This document shows, one piece after another, positions 45,017 through 57,748 of a stretch of 64,000 bases of DNA. Under the pieces are notes generated by a model. It searched no databases. It was not told the origin of the DNA and was given only the letters and a program-made list of their open reading frames with translations. The position numbers were made by a program, and so were the translations under genes. The stretch is taken from NCBI RefSeq assembly GCF_009914755.1, contig NC_060946.1, one strand, 5' to 3'. Source of the stretch: the human T2T-CHM13v2.0 reference genome, Homo sapiens. Numbering within the stretch: position 1 is the stretch's first letter; every line of letters starts with the position of its first letter.

Positions 45017-48000
45017 CATGTCTAGCGTGACCCTCCTTCCTGGCAGTGACACTGTTGATGTGAACCCCAATTTCACATCTGTCATTTGTAAATAGGACCA
45101 TTTTCCCTTTTCGCTCTCCCTTCCATTCACAGGGCTTTTCATTCTTTCTGTTACTGCCTCCGTTTCAGATATTTACTCACCTTTTTCTCTCTCACTATGT
45201 CTGCCGTGGTCTCCATGAGAGTGCGCCACATAAGATTCCCCCATTAAAAGTCATGAATTGAGTGGCTTTTAGTATACCTGTGGTTGTGCACATTCAAATT
45301 TAATTCGCAATTCATTGTAGAACGTCTTATCACTCCCGGCCAGAGAAAAACCCTGTAGACATTAGTCACTCCTCATTCTGTCTCAAACCCTCTCCCTGAC
45401 CCTCAGCCCTAGGTAGCAACTACCTAGTGCGATCAATCCCATATGCATAGATTATCATATTGTGGACATTTCCTATAAGCGGAATTACACAATAGGTGAG
45501 CTGTTATGACTGACATAACACGTAGCACAATATTTTCAAGATTCGTCCACATTGTAGGCTTACCCACAGGGGGAAACCATTTTATTGGGGGCTTTTAGTA
45601 ACACCGGTGTTTTCTCCTTCCTTACATCCTTCTTTCCATCCTTCCTTCCTTCCTTCCTTCCTGACTTCCTTCTTTCCTTCCCTCCTTCCTCCTATTTCTC
45701 TCTTACTCCTTCTGCCCTCTCTCTTTCCTATGCCTTAGGTGCATCCCACATTCTGCGTTTTTTTGGGGGAAATCCTCGACAGGTGCAGGAAAATTGTGTT
45801 ATTGTAACTATTTACCGTTATCTCTCTTTCACGGCTCTCCATCAGTTGTGAACATCTATTGGTTTATCCCAAGTCACTAAGCATATTTTCATTAGGTAAA
45901 CCTGTTTTTCCTTATACAGCTGTTTCTGGAGTATAGGGTCGCATACTCATAAACCCAGTGTAACTCAGAAACGCATCTAATATTCCAGTAAACCCATCAT
46001 AACGTTGAAAAATCGTAAATCAAACCATCATAAGTCACGGTTTGTCCGTGGATATGGGCGTCATCAATTCCATTGTATTCAGTAATGCTGTACACCATTA
46101 ACAATGGCAGACTGATTGGGAGTGGATATTGATAGCATTATAAAAGTCAGTTATTAGAGGGATACTTCTTTAACCTGACTGAAGAACTGATCTAATGGCT
46201 TTAGTACAGTGCATGATTATGTGCGATGTTTTGAGACAGAGTAGTACATTTGTGAATGAAATTTTATGGCTTTTTTTTCACTTAGTAGGAACCATTGTGT
46301 GTGGAAAAGTGAGAAAATGGCTTTATGCTGTAGGGTCTGGCATTCATTGTAGATGTAAGCTTATTTTTCTGTGAGCAAATCTTATTCAATAAAATACTAC
46401 TCTTTATACTAAAAAACAAAAACAGTGGTGATGTGTGGTCATTACCCTCAGCAAACTTATCCAGGGAAAAGAAAACCAAACGCCACAACTCACTTATAAT
46501 GGGAGCTGAAAAATGAGATCCCATGGACACAGGAAGGGGAACAACACACACTGGGGCCTTCCGGGAGACAGAGCGTTAAGAAAAACAGCTACTGCATGCT
46601 GGGCCTAATACCTAGGTGATGGGTTGACAGGTGCAGCAAACCACCATGGCACACGTTTACCTTAGTAACAAATCTGCACATCCTGCACATATACCCCAGA
46701 ACTTAGGAACGAAACGAAACAAAAGACAACGAAAAAGCAACAGCAAAACGCTAAAGGCAAAATAAAGTTTCAAACTGAGAAAGTGACAGACCAACGTCTG
46801 GTTCAAATCATGGTTCTCAACCCAGGTGCCATAAGGTCAGGATAAAGGATGTGGTTACATATTTTCAATAAGACATGCAGCAAATGACCAGAATGATTAT
46901 TCTCAACATATGTGTGTCTTCTAATTCAATGGTGACGCTATCTACCGGGACATAGCATTAGATTCCAAAGGGCCGAGTCCCGCCAGACAGGCCTCCCACA
47001 CTAATAACAATGGGAAGCCCTACGTTGCTTTACCTGTGCTTCTCAGCCACTGGCTATAAATCAGGTTGCCACCACTCCCAGATTTAGTTGCATTCATTTG
47101 CTGGAAGAGCTCACAGCACGCAGGGAAACACTTACATTTGCCGTTGTATTTTAGCGGACATTGCACAAAGTTCAGAAAAAAATGTGGGGCCCGGCATGTG
47201 GGGAGGGGCGCACTACCTTCCAGGAAGTGCTATCCAGAAGCTCTCTGAACCCAGTCCTTTTGGGTTTTGATGGAGACCTCATTCTATAGGCATGATGGGT
47301 TAAACCATAGGCTATTGGTGATCAACTCCACCTGGGGCTCTCCACCCTCCCTGGAAATTGGGGTTGAGGCTTTGCCATCCTCAGTCTGACTAAAAGAATT
47401 TACCCAAACGGAATTTTAAAACAGATGAGCATAACTGGAATCTTAATTAGATGATTGGATTATCTGGAGCCACACCTTGATATTCCTAACCCGAGCACCC
47501 TCATCCAACGAATGCTCCACCCAACTGGCTCCCAAGTCTCTACGTGGTTCCAGAGCAAAAGGATGTTGATACAACGCATATCTCCACCTTTTCTTCAAAG
47601 TCTTTTCGCTTACACGGAAAGACTTCTTCAACTGCCATGCATCAGGGTCAGGGGATTGTCTTGTTATAACACAGATCTGCGGATCTCCGGCGTTTGACTG
47701 TGGCAAGGATGCTGCTGGTGTCAAAACCACAACGTGGGAACCACAGAACCACTAGTGGGTTTTCAGTGTTTCAGTGCATACAATTCCTAATATATCTGGC
47801 CAAGAAAACTTGTAAGTTCTTAGATTGTCCCAAAGGTGGCGCATGAAATCAAAGCAGGAGAACAGTTTCCTACGAGGTGTAGCCTGGGAAAGTTGGGGGT
47901 GACTGATGGAAAGGAGGAGTGAAGCTCCGCCCTTTCCGCTGCTAGGCTGCGCCCGAGGCTATTTAAACCCACCCTGGCTGGCCTGTACTCAGATCTTCGC

Positions 48001-48116
48001 GGAGCGGATCAGCGGCCGGAGCGTTTGGCGGACTCTGCGTGGACTTGGAGCTCACAGCGTCTTGCGACTTGGAAGCGGATTCAGAGGACAGGACAGAACA
48101 CTTGGGCAAGTGAATC

Positions 48117-48147
<31 letters not shown>

Positions 48148-48322
48148 CATTGGTTGGTTGATTTCCATTTTCTTAAGGGGCACATACCTCACACCGCACA
48201 CACACAAACACACACACGCACACACACACGCACACGCACACGCACACACACGCACACACACTCCTTCCTTCTGCGAGTTAGAACATTAGTAGGGGCCCCT
48301 GGGAGCTGCAGGTTTCCTAATC

Positions 48323-51301
48323 ATGTCTGCACCTAAGAACGGTAGGGTCTTGTCTGGCTCTTCTTATGAACGGTCCCCCAGCCCGGACTCCCCAAGGTCC
48401 ATGCGAACCTCACCCAGCTTCCCCCTCTCCCCTCTCAGAAACTCAGGCTTAAGGGGAAGCTCCTCACCAGGGATCCGGAGCTACCATTCACCATCCCCTA
48501 GGGCTTCACCACACTCACCTCTGTCATCACCAGAATCCCACAAGCTCCCATTTCCCTGTCCTCACCGTGATGGGCAATCAATGAAGCCATTGGGCTCTCC
48601 CGTGTCCTCCTCTGAGGATTCCTCAGAGTCCCCACGTTCATCAATAATATACCACATGTTCTTACTGCCATCACCCAGCAGCTCACCCCAGGCTCTCGGG
48701 GGGTCTCCCGTGTCTCCCAGCTACTCTCCAAACAACCCCAGATTTCAGCTGCAGTCAGCCCCCCACACCCAGGAATCACCTACAAACTCACGAGCCTCAC
48801 TTTGCTCCACCCCTGCGTCTTTCATCTCTTCACCCCAAGGCCTCAGGGACTCTCCTGTGGCTCCCAGTTACTCTCCAGCCATCCCCAGGTTCCTGCGGGA
48901 GTCAGCCCCATGCGCCCAGGAGTCCCCCAGAGACTCACAGGTCTCGGGAGATTATGAGCGGTCCCCCAGCCCTGACTCCTCAAGATTCATGCCTGCCTCA
49001 CCCAGCTTCTCCCTCTCCCCTCCCAGAAACTCAGACCCAAGGGGCAGCTCCTCACCAGGGATGTGGAAGTCCTCTACATCATCCCGCAGGGCTTCACCAC
49101 TCTCACATCCGTCATCAACAGAATTCCACAACTTTACGTTTCCCATTCCTAACCAAGCAGGACAGTCACTCATGTCATTGTGTTCTCCCGTGACCTCCTC
49201 TGGAGATTCTTCACAGTCACCTCATTCATCAATAATATACCATATGTTCTTACTGCCATCATCCAGCAGCTCACCCCCAGCCACCCATGACTCTCCTGTC
49301 TGTCCCAGCTACTCTCCAACTACGCCCAGATTTCAGCGGGAGTCTGTACCCCACACCCCAGAAACACCTACAAACTCACAGACCTCAGTGAGATCCTCGC
49401 CAGTCTCTCTCACGTCTTCACCCCCAGCCCTTACGGACCCTCCAGTCTGTTCCAGCTACTCTCCAACCACGCCCACATTTCAGCGCGGGTCAGTTCCAGG
49501 AACCCAGGGATCACCACCAAGCCCACCGCTTTCACTGAGTTACTCCCCAGTCTCTAGCACGTCTTTATCTCCAACCCTCAGGGACTCGCCTGTCTGTCCC
49601 AGCTACTCTCCAAACACGCCCACACTTCAGCGGGAGTCCGTTGCAGGCACCCAGAAGTCACCACCAAACTCACCAATTTCACTGCGTTACTCCCCAGTCT
49701 CTCTCATGTCTTCACCATCCCTCAGGGACTCTCCCGTCTGTCCCAGCTACTCTCCAACCACGCCCACATTTCAGCTGGAGTCAGTTCCAGGCACCCCGGA
49801 ATCACCACCAAACTCACCAATTTCACTCAGTTACTCCCCAGTCTCTAGCACGTCTCTATCTCCAACCCTCAGGGACTCTCCTGTGTGTCCCAGCTACTCT
49901 CCAACCACGCCCACACTTCAGCGGGAGTCAGTTCCAGGCACCCAGGAATCACCACCAAACTCACCAATTTCACTCAATTACTCTCCAGTCTCTCTCGTGT
50001 CTTCACCAGCCCTCAGGGACTCTCCTGTCTGTCCCAGCTACTCTCCAACCACCCCCACATTTCAGCTGGAGTCAGTTCCAGGCACCCCGGAGTCACCACC
50101 AAACTCACCAGTTTCACTCAGTTACTCCTCGGTCTCTCTCATGTCTTCACCCCCAGCCCTCAGGGACTCTCCTGTGCGTCCCAGCTACTCTCCAACCATG
50201 CCCAGATTCCAGCGGGAGTCAGTTCCAGGCACCCATGTATCACCACCAAACTCAGCAGTTTCACTGAGTTACTCCCCAGTCTCTCTCATGTCTTCACCCC
50301 CAGACCCCTGGGACTCTCCTGTCTGTCCCAGCTACTCTCCCACCACGCCCAGATTTCAGCGGCAGTCAGCCTCCCACACTCCGGAATCAGATACAGACTC
50401 ACAGACTTCACTGAACTCTTCCCTGGTCTCTCTCAGGTCTTTGCCCTCATCCCACAGGGACTCTTGTGTCTCTTTCAGCTACTCTCAAAACTTCTCTAGA
50501 TTCCAGCTGGAGTCCGTTCCAGGCACCCACGATACACCACCGAACTCACGAATTTCACTGACTTACGCCCCAGTCTCCCTCATGTTCTCACCCCCAGCCC
50601 TCAGGGACTCTTCTGGCTCTCTCAGCTACTCTCCAACCATCTCCAGATTTCACCTGGAGTCAGCTTCCCACACCCTGGAATCACCTGCAAACTCACGGAC
50701 CTTACTGCAACCATCCCCCATTTCTTTCACCTCTTCACCCCCTGCCTTCAGGGACTCTCCTGGGTCTCCCAGCTTCTCTCCAGCCTTCCCCAGATTTCTG
50801 CCACAGTCAGCCCCAGGCACCCAGGACAACCCTAGACACTCACAGGCCTCACCAGACTATCTCCCTATGACCTGTACCTATACAGGGATGGCTCCCACGC
50901 ATCCCTCAGTGACCCCAAACCCATCTCCACTTACACTCAGGCACTCCCAGGGCCTGACAGCTACTCCCCGTTATTGTCCTTCAGTTCGAAGCCCTGGCCA
51001 ATCTACTAGCCCACATGACGCAGTTACCTGGCCATTTCTCCACGGTTCCCGGGAGGGCCCCACACCCAGCCGCACAAGAGCCCCTCCTGCATTCCGTCCT
51101 CACACGCAGGCCTGTCCATCTACTTGCTACTGTCACACTCTTGCCAGCAGAAGAGGCCCCTGTAATGGCCGATATCACCACCCAGGCTATCCTCACCCCA
51201 CAGCTGTGCAGCGGGACCCCCCTGCTGGCCCACGTGGCTGCCACAGCCCATGCTGGCACGACGCTCCAGCAGGTCGGTGTCCCTGCGGACCAAACTACTG
51301 A
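48323..51301 (+). CDS. Copy 8: CTD-like repeat protein, 992 aa
   Basis: Intact ORF, nearly identical to copy 1, ends NY*. Confidence 0.62.
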   Translation: MSAPKNGRVLSGSSYERSPSPDSPRSMRTSPSFPLSPLRNSGLRGSSSPGIRSYHSPSPRASPHSPLSSPESHKLPFPCPHRDGQSMKPLGSPVSSSEDSSESPRSSIIYHMFLLPSPSSSPQALGGSPVSPSYSPNNPRFQLQSAPHTQESPTNSRASLCSTPASFISSPQGLRDSPVAPSYSPAIPRFLRESAPCAQESPRDSQVSGDYERSPSPDSSRFMPASPSFSLSPPRNSDPRGSSSPGMWKSSTSSRRASPLSHPSSTEFHNFTFPIPNQAGQSLMSLCSPVTSSGDSSQSPHSSIIYHMFLLPSSSSSPPATHDSPVCPSYSPTTPRFQRESVPHTPETPTNSQTSVRSSPVSLTSSPPALTDPPVCSSYSPTTPTFQRGSVPGTQGSPPSPPLSLSYSPVSSTSLSPTLRDSPVCPSYSPNTPTLQRESVAGTQKSPPNSPISLRYSPVSLMSSPSLRDSPVCPSYSPTTPTFQLESVPGTPESPPNSPISLSYSPVSSTSLSPTLRDSPVCPSYSPTTPTLQRESVPGTQESPPNSPISLNYSPVSLVSSPALRDSPVCPSYSPTTPTFQLESVPGTPESPPNSPVSLSYSSVSLMSSPPALRDSPVRPSYSPTMPRFQRESVPGTHVSPPNSAVSLSYSPVSLMSSPPDPWDSPVCPSYSPTTPRFQRQSASHTPESDTDSQTSLNSSLVSLRSLPSSHRDSCVSFSYSQNFSRFQLESVPGTHDTPPNSRISLTYAPVSLMFSPPALRDSSGSLSYSPTISRFHLESASHTLESPANSRTLLQPSPISFTSSPPAFRDSPGSPSFSPAFPRFLPQSAPGTQDNPRHSQASPDYLPMTCTYTGMAPTHPSVTPNPSPLTLRHSQGLTATPRYCPSVRSPGQSTSPHDAVTWPFLHGSREGPTPSRTRAPPAFRPHTQACPSTCYCHTLASRRGPCNGRYHHPGYPHPTAVQRDPPAGPRGCHSPCWHDAPAGRCPCGPNY

Positions 51302-54300
51302 TGACATGTCTAGCGTGACCCTCCTTCCTGGCAGTGACACTGTTGATGTGAACCCCAATTTCACATCTGTCATTTGTAAATAGGACCATTTTCCCTTTTC
51401 GCTCTCCCTTCCATTCACAGGGCTTTTCATTCTCTCTGTTACTGCCTCCGTTTCAGATATTTACTCACCTTTTTCTCTCTCACTATGTCTGCCGTGGTCT
51501 CCATGAGAGTGCGCCACATAAGATTCCCACATTAAAAGTCATGAATTGAGTGGCTTTTAGTATACCTGTGGTTGTGCACATTCAAATTTAATTCGCAATT
51601 CATTGTAGAACGTCTTATCACTCCCGACCAGAGAAAAACCCTGTAGACATTAGTCACTCCTCATTCTGTCTCAAACCCTCTCCCTGACCCGCAGCCCTAG
51701 GTAGCAACTACCTAGTGCGATCAATCCCATATGCATAGATTACCATATTGTGGACATTTCCTATAAGCGGAATTGCACAATAGGGGAGCTGTTATGACTG
51801 ACATAACACGTAGCACAATATTTTCAAGATTCGTACACATTGTAGGCTTACCCACAGGGGGAAACCATTTTTTTGGGGGCTTTTAGTAACACCGGTGTTT
51901 TCTCCTTCCTTACGTCGTTCTTTCCTTCCTTCCTTCCTTCCTTCCTTCCTTCCTTCCTTCCTGACTTCCTTCTTTCCTTCCCTCCTTCCTCCTATTTCTC
52001 TCTTACTCCTTCTGCCCTCTCTCTTTCCTATGCCTTAGGTGCATCCCACATTCTGCATTTTTTGGGGAAATCCTCGACAGGTGCAGGAAAATTGTGTTAT
52101 TGTAACTATTTACCGTTATCTCTCTTTCACGGCTCTCCATCAGTTGTGAACATCTATTGGTTTATCCCAAGTCACTAAGCATATTTTCATTAGGTAAACC
52201 TGTTTTTCCTTATACAGCTGTTTCTGGAGTATAGGGTCGCATACTCATAAACCCAGTGTAACTCAGAAACGCATCTAATATTCCAGTAAACCCATCATAA
52301 CGTTGAAAAATCGTAAATCAAACCATCATAAGTCACGGTTTGTCCGTGGATATGGGCGTCATCAATTCCATTGTATTCAGTAATGCTGTACACCATTAAC
52401 AATGGCAGACTGATTGGGAGTGGATATTGATAGCATTATAAAAGTCAGTTATTAGAGGGATACTTCTTTAACCTGACTGAAGAACTGATCTAATGGCTTT
52501 AGTACAGTGCATGATTATGTGCGATGTTTTGAGACAGAGTAGTACATTTGTGAATGAAATTTTATGGCTTTTTTTTCACTTAGTAGGAACCATTGTGTGT
52601 GGAAAAGTGAGAAAATGGCTTTCTGCTGTAGGGTCTGGCATTCATTGTAGATGTAAGCTTATTTTTCTGTGAGCAAATCTTATTCAATAAAATACTACTC
52701 TTTATACTAAAAAACAAAAACAGTGGTGATGTGTGGTCATTATCCTCAACAAACTTATCCAGGGAAAGAAAACCAAACGCCACAACTCACTTATAATGGG
52801 AGCTGAAAAATGAGATCCCATGGACACAGGAAGGGGAACAACACACACTGGGGCCTTCCGGGAGACAGAGCGTTAAGAAAAACAGCTACTGCATGCTGGG
52901 CTTAATACCTAGGTGATGGGTTGACAGGTGCAGCAAACCACCATGGCACACGTTTACCTTAGTAACAAATCTGCACATCCTGCACATATACCCCAGAACT
53001 TAGGAACGAAATGAAACAAAAGACAACGAAAAAGCAACAGCAAAACGCTAAAGGCAAAATAAAGTTTCAAACTGAGAAAGTGACAGACCAACGTCTGGTT
53101 CAAATCATGGTTCTCAACCCAGGTGCCATAAGGTCGGGATAAAGGATGTGATTACATGTTGTCAATAAGACATGCAGCAAATGACCAGAATGATTATTCT
53201 CAACATATGTGTGTCTTCTAATTCAATGGTGACGCTATCTACCGGGACATAGCATTAGATTCCAAAGGGCCGAGTCCCGCCAGACAGGCCTCCCACACTA
53301 ATAAAAATGGGAAGCCCTACGTTGCTTTACCTGTGCTTCTCAGCCACTGGCTATAAATCAGGTTGCCACCACTCCCAGATTTAGTTGCATTCATTTGCTG
53401 GAAGAGCTCACAGCACGCAGGGAAACACTTACATTTGCCGTTGTATTTTAGCGGACATTGCACAAAGTTCAGAAATAAATGTGGGGCCCGGCATGTGGGG
53501 AGGGGCGCACTACCTTCCAGGAAGTGCTATCCGGAAGCTCTCTGAACCCAGTCCTTTTGGGTTTTGATGGAGACCTCATTCTATAGGCATGATGGGTTAA
53601 ACCATAGGCTATTGGTGATCAACTCCACCTGGGGCTCTCCACCCTCCCTGGAAATTGGGGTTGAGGCTTTGCCATCCTCAGTCTGACTAAAAGAATTTAC
53701 CCAAACGGAATTTTAAAACAGATGAGCATAACTGGAATCTTAATTAGATGATTGGATTATCTGGAGCCACACCTTGATATTCCTAACCCGAGCACCCTCA
53801 TCCAACGAATGCTCCACCCAACTGGCTCCCAAGTCTCTACGTGGTTCCAGAGCAAAAGGATGTTGATACAACGCATATCTCCACCTTTTCTTCAAAGTCT
53901 TTTCGCTTACACGGAAAGACTTCTTCAACTGCCATGCATCAGGGTCAGGGGGAGGTCTTGTTATAACACAGATCTGCGGATCTCCGGCGTTTGACTGTGG
54001 CAAGGATGCTGCTGGTGTCAAAACCACAACGTGGGAACCACAGAACCACTAGTGGGTTTTCAGTGTTTCAGTGCATACAATTCCTAATATATCTGGCCAA
54101 GAAAACTTGTAAGTTCTTAGATTGTCCCAAAGGTGGCGCATGAAATCAAAGCAGGAGAACAGTTTCCTACGAGGTGTAGCCTGGGAAAGTTGGGGGTGAC
54201 TGATGGAAAGGAGGAGTGAAGCTCCGCCCTTTCCGCTGCTAGGCTGCGCCCGAGGCTATTTAAACCCACCCTGGCTGGCCTGTACTCAGATCTTCGCGGA

Positions 54301-54413
54301 GCGGATCAGCGGCCGGAGCGTTTGGCGGACTCTGCGTGGACTTGGAGCTCACAGCGTCTTGCGACTTGGAAGCGGATTCAGAGGACAGGACAGAACACTT
54401 GGGCAAGTGAATC

Positions 54414-54444
<31 letters not shown>

Positions 54445-54619
54445 CATTGGTTGGTTGATTTCCATTTTCTTAAGGGGCACATACCTCACACCGCACACAC
54501 ACAAACACACACACGCACACACACACGCACACGCACACGCACACACACGCACACACACTCCTTCCTTCTGCGAGTTAGAACATTAGTAGGGGCCCCTGGG
54601 AGCTGCAGGTTTCCTAATC

Positions 54620-57600
54620 ATGTCTGCACCTAAGAACGGTAGGGTCTTGTCTGGCTCTTCTTATGAACGGTCCCCCAGCCCGGACTCCCCAAGGTCCATG
54701 CGAACCTCACCCAGCTTCCCCCTCTCCCCTCTCAGAAACTCAGGCTTAAGGGGAAGCTCCTCACCAGGGATCCGGAGCTACCATTCACCATCCCCTAGGG
54801 CTTCACCACACTCACCTCTGTCATCACCAGAATCCCACAAGCTCCCATTTCCCTGTCCTCACCGTGATGGGCAATCAATGAAGCCATTGGGCTCTCCCGT
54901 GTCCTCCTCTGAGGATTCCTCAGAGTCCCCACGTTCATCAATAATATACCACATGTTCTTACTGCCATCACCCAGCAGCTCACCCCAGGCTCTCGGGGGG
55001 TCTCCCGTGTCTCCCAGCTACTCTCCAAACAACCCCAGATTTCAGCTGCAGTCAGCCCCCCACACCCAGGAATCACCTACAAACTCACGAGCCTCACTTT
55101 GCTCCACCCCTGCGTCTTTCATCTCTTCACCCCAAGGCCTCAGGGACTCTCCTGTGGCTCCCAGTTACTCTCCAGCCATCCCCAGGTTCCTGCGGGAGTC
55201 AGCCCCATGCGCCCAGGAGTCCCCCAGAGACTCACAGGTCTCGGGAGATTATGAGCGGTCCCCCAGCCCTGACTCCTCAAGATTCATGCCTGCCTCACCC
55301 AGCTTCTCCCTCTCCCCTCCCAGAAACTCAGACCCAAGGGGCAGCTCCTCACCAGGGATGTGGAAGTCCTCTACATCATCCCGCAGGGCTTCACCACTCT
55401 CACATCCGTCATCAACAGAATTCCACAACTTTACGTTTCCCATTCCTAACCAAGCAGGACAGTCACTCATGTCATTGTGTTCTCCCGTGACCTCCTCTGG
55501 AGATTCTTCACAGTCACCTCATTCATCAATAATATACCATATGTTCTTACTGCCATCATCCAGCAGCTCACCCCCAGCCACCCATGACTCTCCTGTCTGT
55601 CCCAGCTACTCTCCAACTACGCCCAGATTTCAGCGGGAGTCTGTACCCCACACCCCAGAAACACCTACAAACTCACAGACCTCAGTGAGATCCTCGCCAG
55701 TCTCTCTCACGTCTTCACCCCCAGCCCTTACGGACCCTCCAGTCTGTCCCAGCTACTCTCCAACCACGCCCACATTTCAGCGCGGGTCAGTTCCAGGAAC
55801 CCAGGGATCACCACCAAGCCCACCGCTTTCACTGAGTTACTCCCCAGTCTCTAGCACGTCTTTATCTCCAACCCTCAGGGACTCGCCTGTCTGTCCCAGC
55901 TACTCTCCAAACACGCCCACACTTCAGCGGGAGTCCGTTGCAGGCACCCAGAAGTCACCACCAAACTCACCAATTTCACTGCGTTACTCCCCAGTCTCTC
56001 TCATGTCTTCACCATCCCTCAGGGACTCTCCCGTCTGTCCCAGCTACTCTCCAACCACGCCCACATTTCAGCTGGAGTCAGTTCCAGGCACCCCGGAATC
56101 ACCACCAAACTCACCAATTTCACTCAGTTACTCCCCAGTCTCTAGCACGTCTCTATCTCCAACCCTCAGGGACTCTCCTGTGTGTCCCAGCTACTCTCCA
56201 ACCACGCCCACACTTCAGCGGGAGTCAGTTCCAGGCACCCAGGAATCACCACCAAACTCACCAATTTCACTCAGTTACTCCTCAGTCTCTAGCACGTCTT
56301 TATCTCCAACCCTCAGGGACTCTCCTGTGTGTCCCAGCTACTCTCCAACCACGCCCACACTTCAGCGGGAGTCAGTTCCAGGCACCCAGGAATCACCACC
56401 AAACTCACCAATTTCACTCAATTACTCTCCAGTCTCTCTCGTGTCTTCACCAGCCCTCAGGGACTCTCCTGTCTGTCCCAGCTACTCTCCAACCACGCCC
56501 ACATTTCAGCTGGAGTCAGTTCCAGGCACCCCGGAGTCACCACCAAACTCACCAGTTTCACTCAGTTACTCCCCGGTCTCTCTCATGTCTTCACCCCCAG
56601 CCCTCAGGGACTCTCCTGTGCGTCCCAGCTACTCTCCAACCATGCCCAGATTTCAGCGGGAGTCAGTTCCAGGCACCCATGTGTCATCACCAAACTCAGC
56701 AGTTTCACTGAGTTACTCCCCAGTCTCTCTCATGTCTTCACCCCCAGACCCCTGGGACTCTCCTGTCTGTCCCAGCTACTCTCCCACCACGCCCAGATTT
56801 CAGCGGGAGTCAGCCTCCCACACTCCGGAATCAGATACAGACTCACAGACTTCACTGAGCTCCTCCCTGGTCTCTCTCAGGTCTTTGCCCTCATCCCACA
56901 GGGACTCTTGTGTCTCTTTCAGCTACTCTCAAAACTTCTCTAGATTCCAGCTGGAGTCAGTTCCAGGCACCCACGATACACCACCGAACTCACGAATTTC
57001 ACTGACTTACTCCCCTGTCTCCCTCATGTTCTCACCCCCAGCCCTCAGGGACTCTTCTGTCTCTCTCAGCTACTCTCCAACCATCTCCAGATTTCACCTG
57101 GAGTCAGCTTCCCACACCCTGGAATCACCTGCAAACTCACGGACCTTACTGCAACCATCCCCCATTTCTTTCACCTCTTCACCCCCTGCCTTCAGGGACT
57201 CTCCTGGGTCTCCCAGCTTCTCTCCAGCCTTCCCCAGATTTCTGCCACAGTCAGCCCCAGGCACCCAGGACAACCCTAGACACTCACAGGCCTCACCAGA
57301 CTATCTCCCTATGACCTGTACCTATACAGGGATGGCTCCCACGCATCCCTCAGTGACCCCAAACTCATCTCAACTTACACTCAGGCACTCCCAGGGCCTG
57401 ACAGCTACACCCCGTTATTGTCCTTCAGTTCGAAGCCCTGGCCAATCTACTAGCCCACATGACGCAGTTACCTGGCCATTTCTCCACGGTTCCCGGGAGG
57501 GCCCCACACCCAGCCGCACAAGAGCCCCTCCTGCATTCCGTCCTCACACGCAGGCCTGTCCATCTACTTGCTACTGTCACACTCTTGCCAGCAGAAGAGG

Positions 57601-57748
57601 CCCCTGTAATGGCCGATATCACCACCCAGTCTATCCTCACCCCACAGCTGTGCAGCGGGAACCCCCTGCTGGCCCACGTGGCTGCCACAGCCCATGCTGG
57701 CACGACGCTCCAGCAGGTCGGCGTCCCTGCGGGCCAAACTACCGGTGA
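54620..57748 (+). CDS. Copy 9: CTD-like repeat protein, 1042 aa
   Basis: Intact ORF. Confidence 0.62.
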   Translation: MSAPKNGRVLSGSSYERSPSPDSPRSMRTSPSFPLSPLRNSGLRGSSSPGIRSYHSPSPRASPHSPLSSPESHKLPFPCPHRDGQSMKPLGSPVSSSEDSSESPRSSIIYHMFLLPSPSSSPQALGGSPVSPSYSPNNPRFQLQSAPHTQESPTNSRASLCSTPASFISSPQGLRDSPVAPSYSPAIPRFLRESAPCAQESPRDSQVSGDYERSPSPDSSRFMPASPSFSLSPPRNSDPRGSSSPGMWKSSTSSRRASPLSHPSSTEFHNFTFPIPNQAGQSLMSLCSPVTSSGDSSQSPHSSIIYHMFLLPSSSSSPPATHDSPVCPSYSPTTPRFQRESVPHTPETPTNSQTSVRSSPVSLTSSPPALTDPPVCPSYSPTTPTFQRGSVPGTQGSPPSPPLSLSYSPVSSTSLSPTLRDSPVCPSYSPNTPTLQRESVAGTQKSPPNSPISLRYSPVSLMSSPSLRDSPVCPSYSPTTPTFQLESVPGTPESPPNSPISLSYSPVSSTSLSPTLRDSPVCPSYSPTTPTLQRESVPGTQESPPNSPISLSYSSVSSTSLSPTLRDSPVCPSYSPTTPTLQRESVPGTQESPPNSPISLNYSPVSLVSSPALRDSPVCPSYSPTTPTFQLESVPGTPESPPNSPVSLSYSPVSLMSSPPALRDSPVRPSYSPTMPRFQRESVPGTHVSSPNSAVSLSYSPVSLMSSPPDPWDSPVCPSYSPTTPRFQRESASHTPESDTDSQTSLSSSLVSLRSLPSSHRDSCVSFSYSQNFSRFQLESVPGTHDTPPNSRISLTYSPVSLMFSPPALRDSSVSLSYSPTISRFHLESASHTLESPANSRTLLQPSPISFTSSPPAFRDSPGSPSFSPAFPRFLPQSAPGTQDNPRHSQASPDYLPMTCTYTGMAPTHPSVTPNSSQLTLRHSQGLTATPRYCPSVRSPGQSTSPHDAVTWPFLHGSREGPTPSRTRAPPAFRPHTQACPSTCYCHTLASRRGPCNGRYHHPVYPHPTAVQREPPAGPRGCHSPCWHDAPAGRRPCGPNYR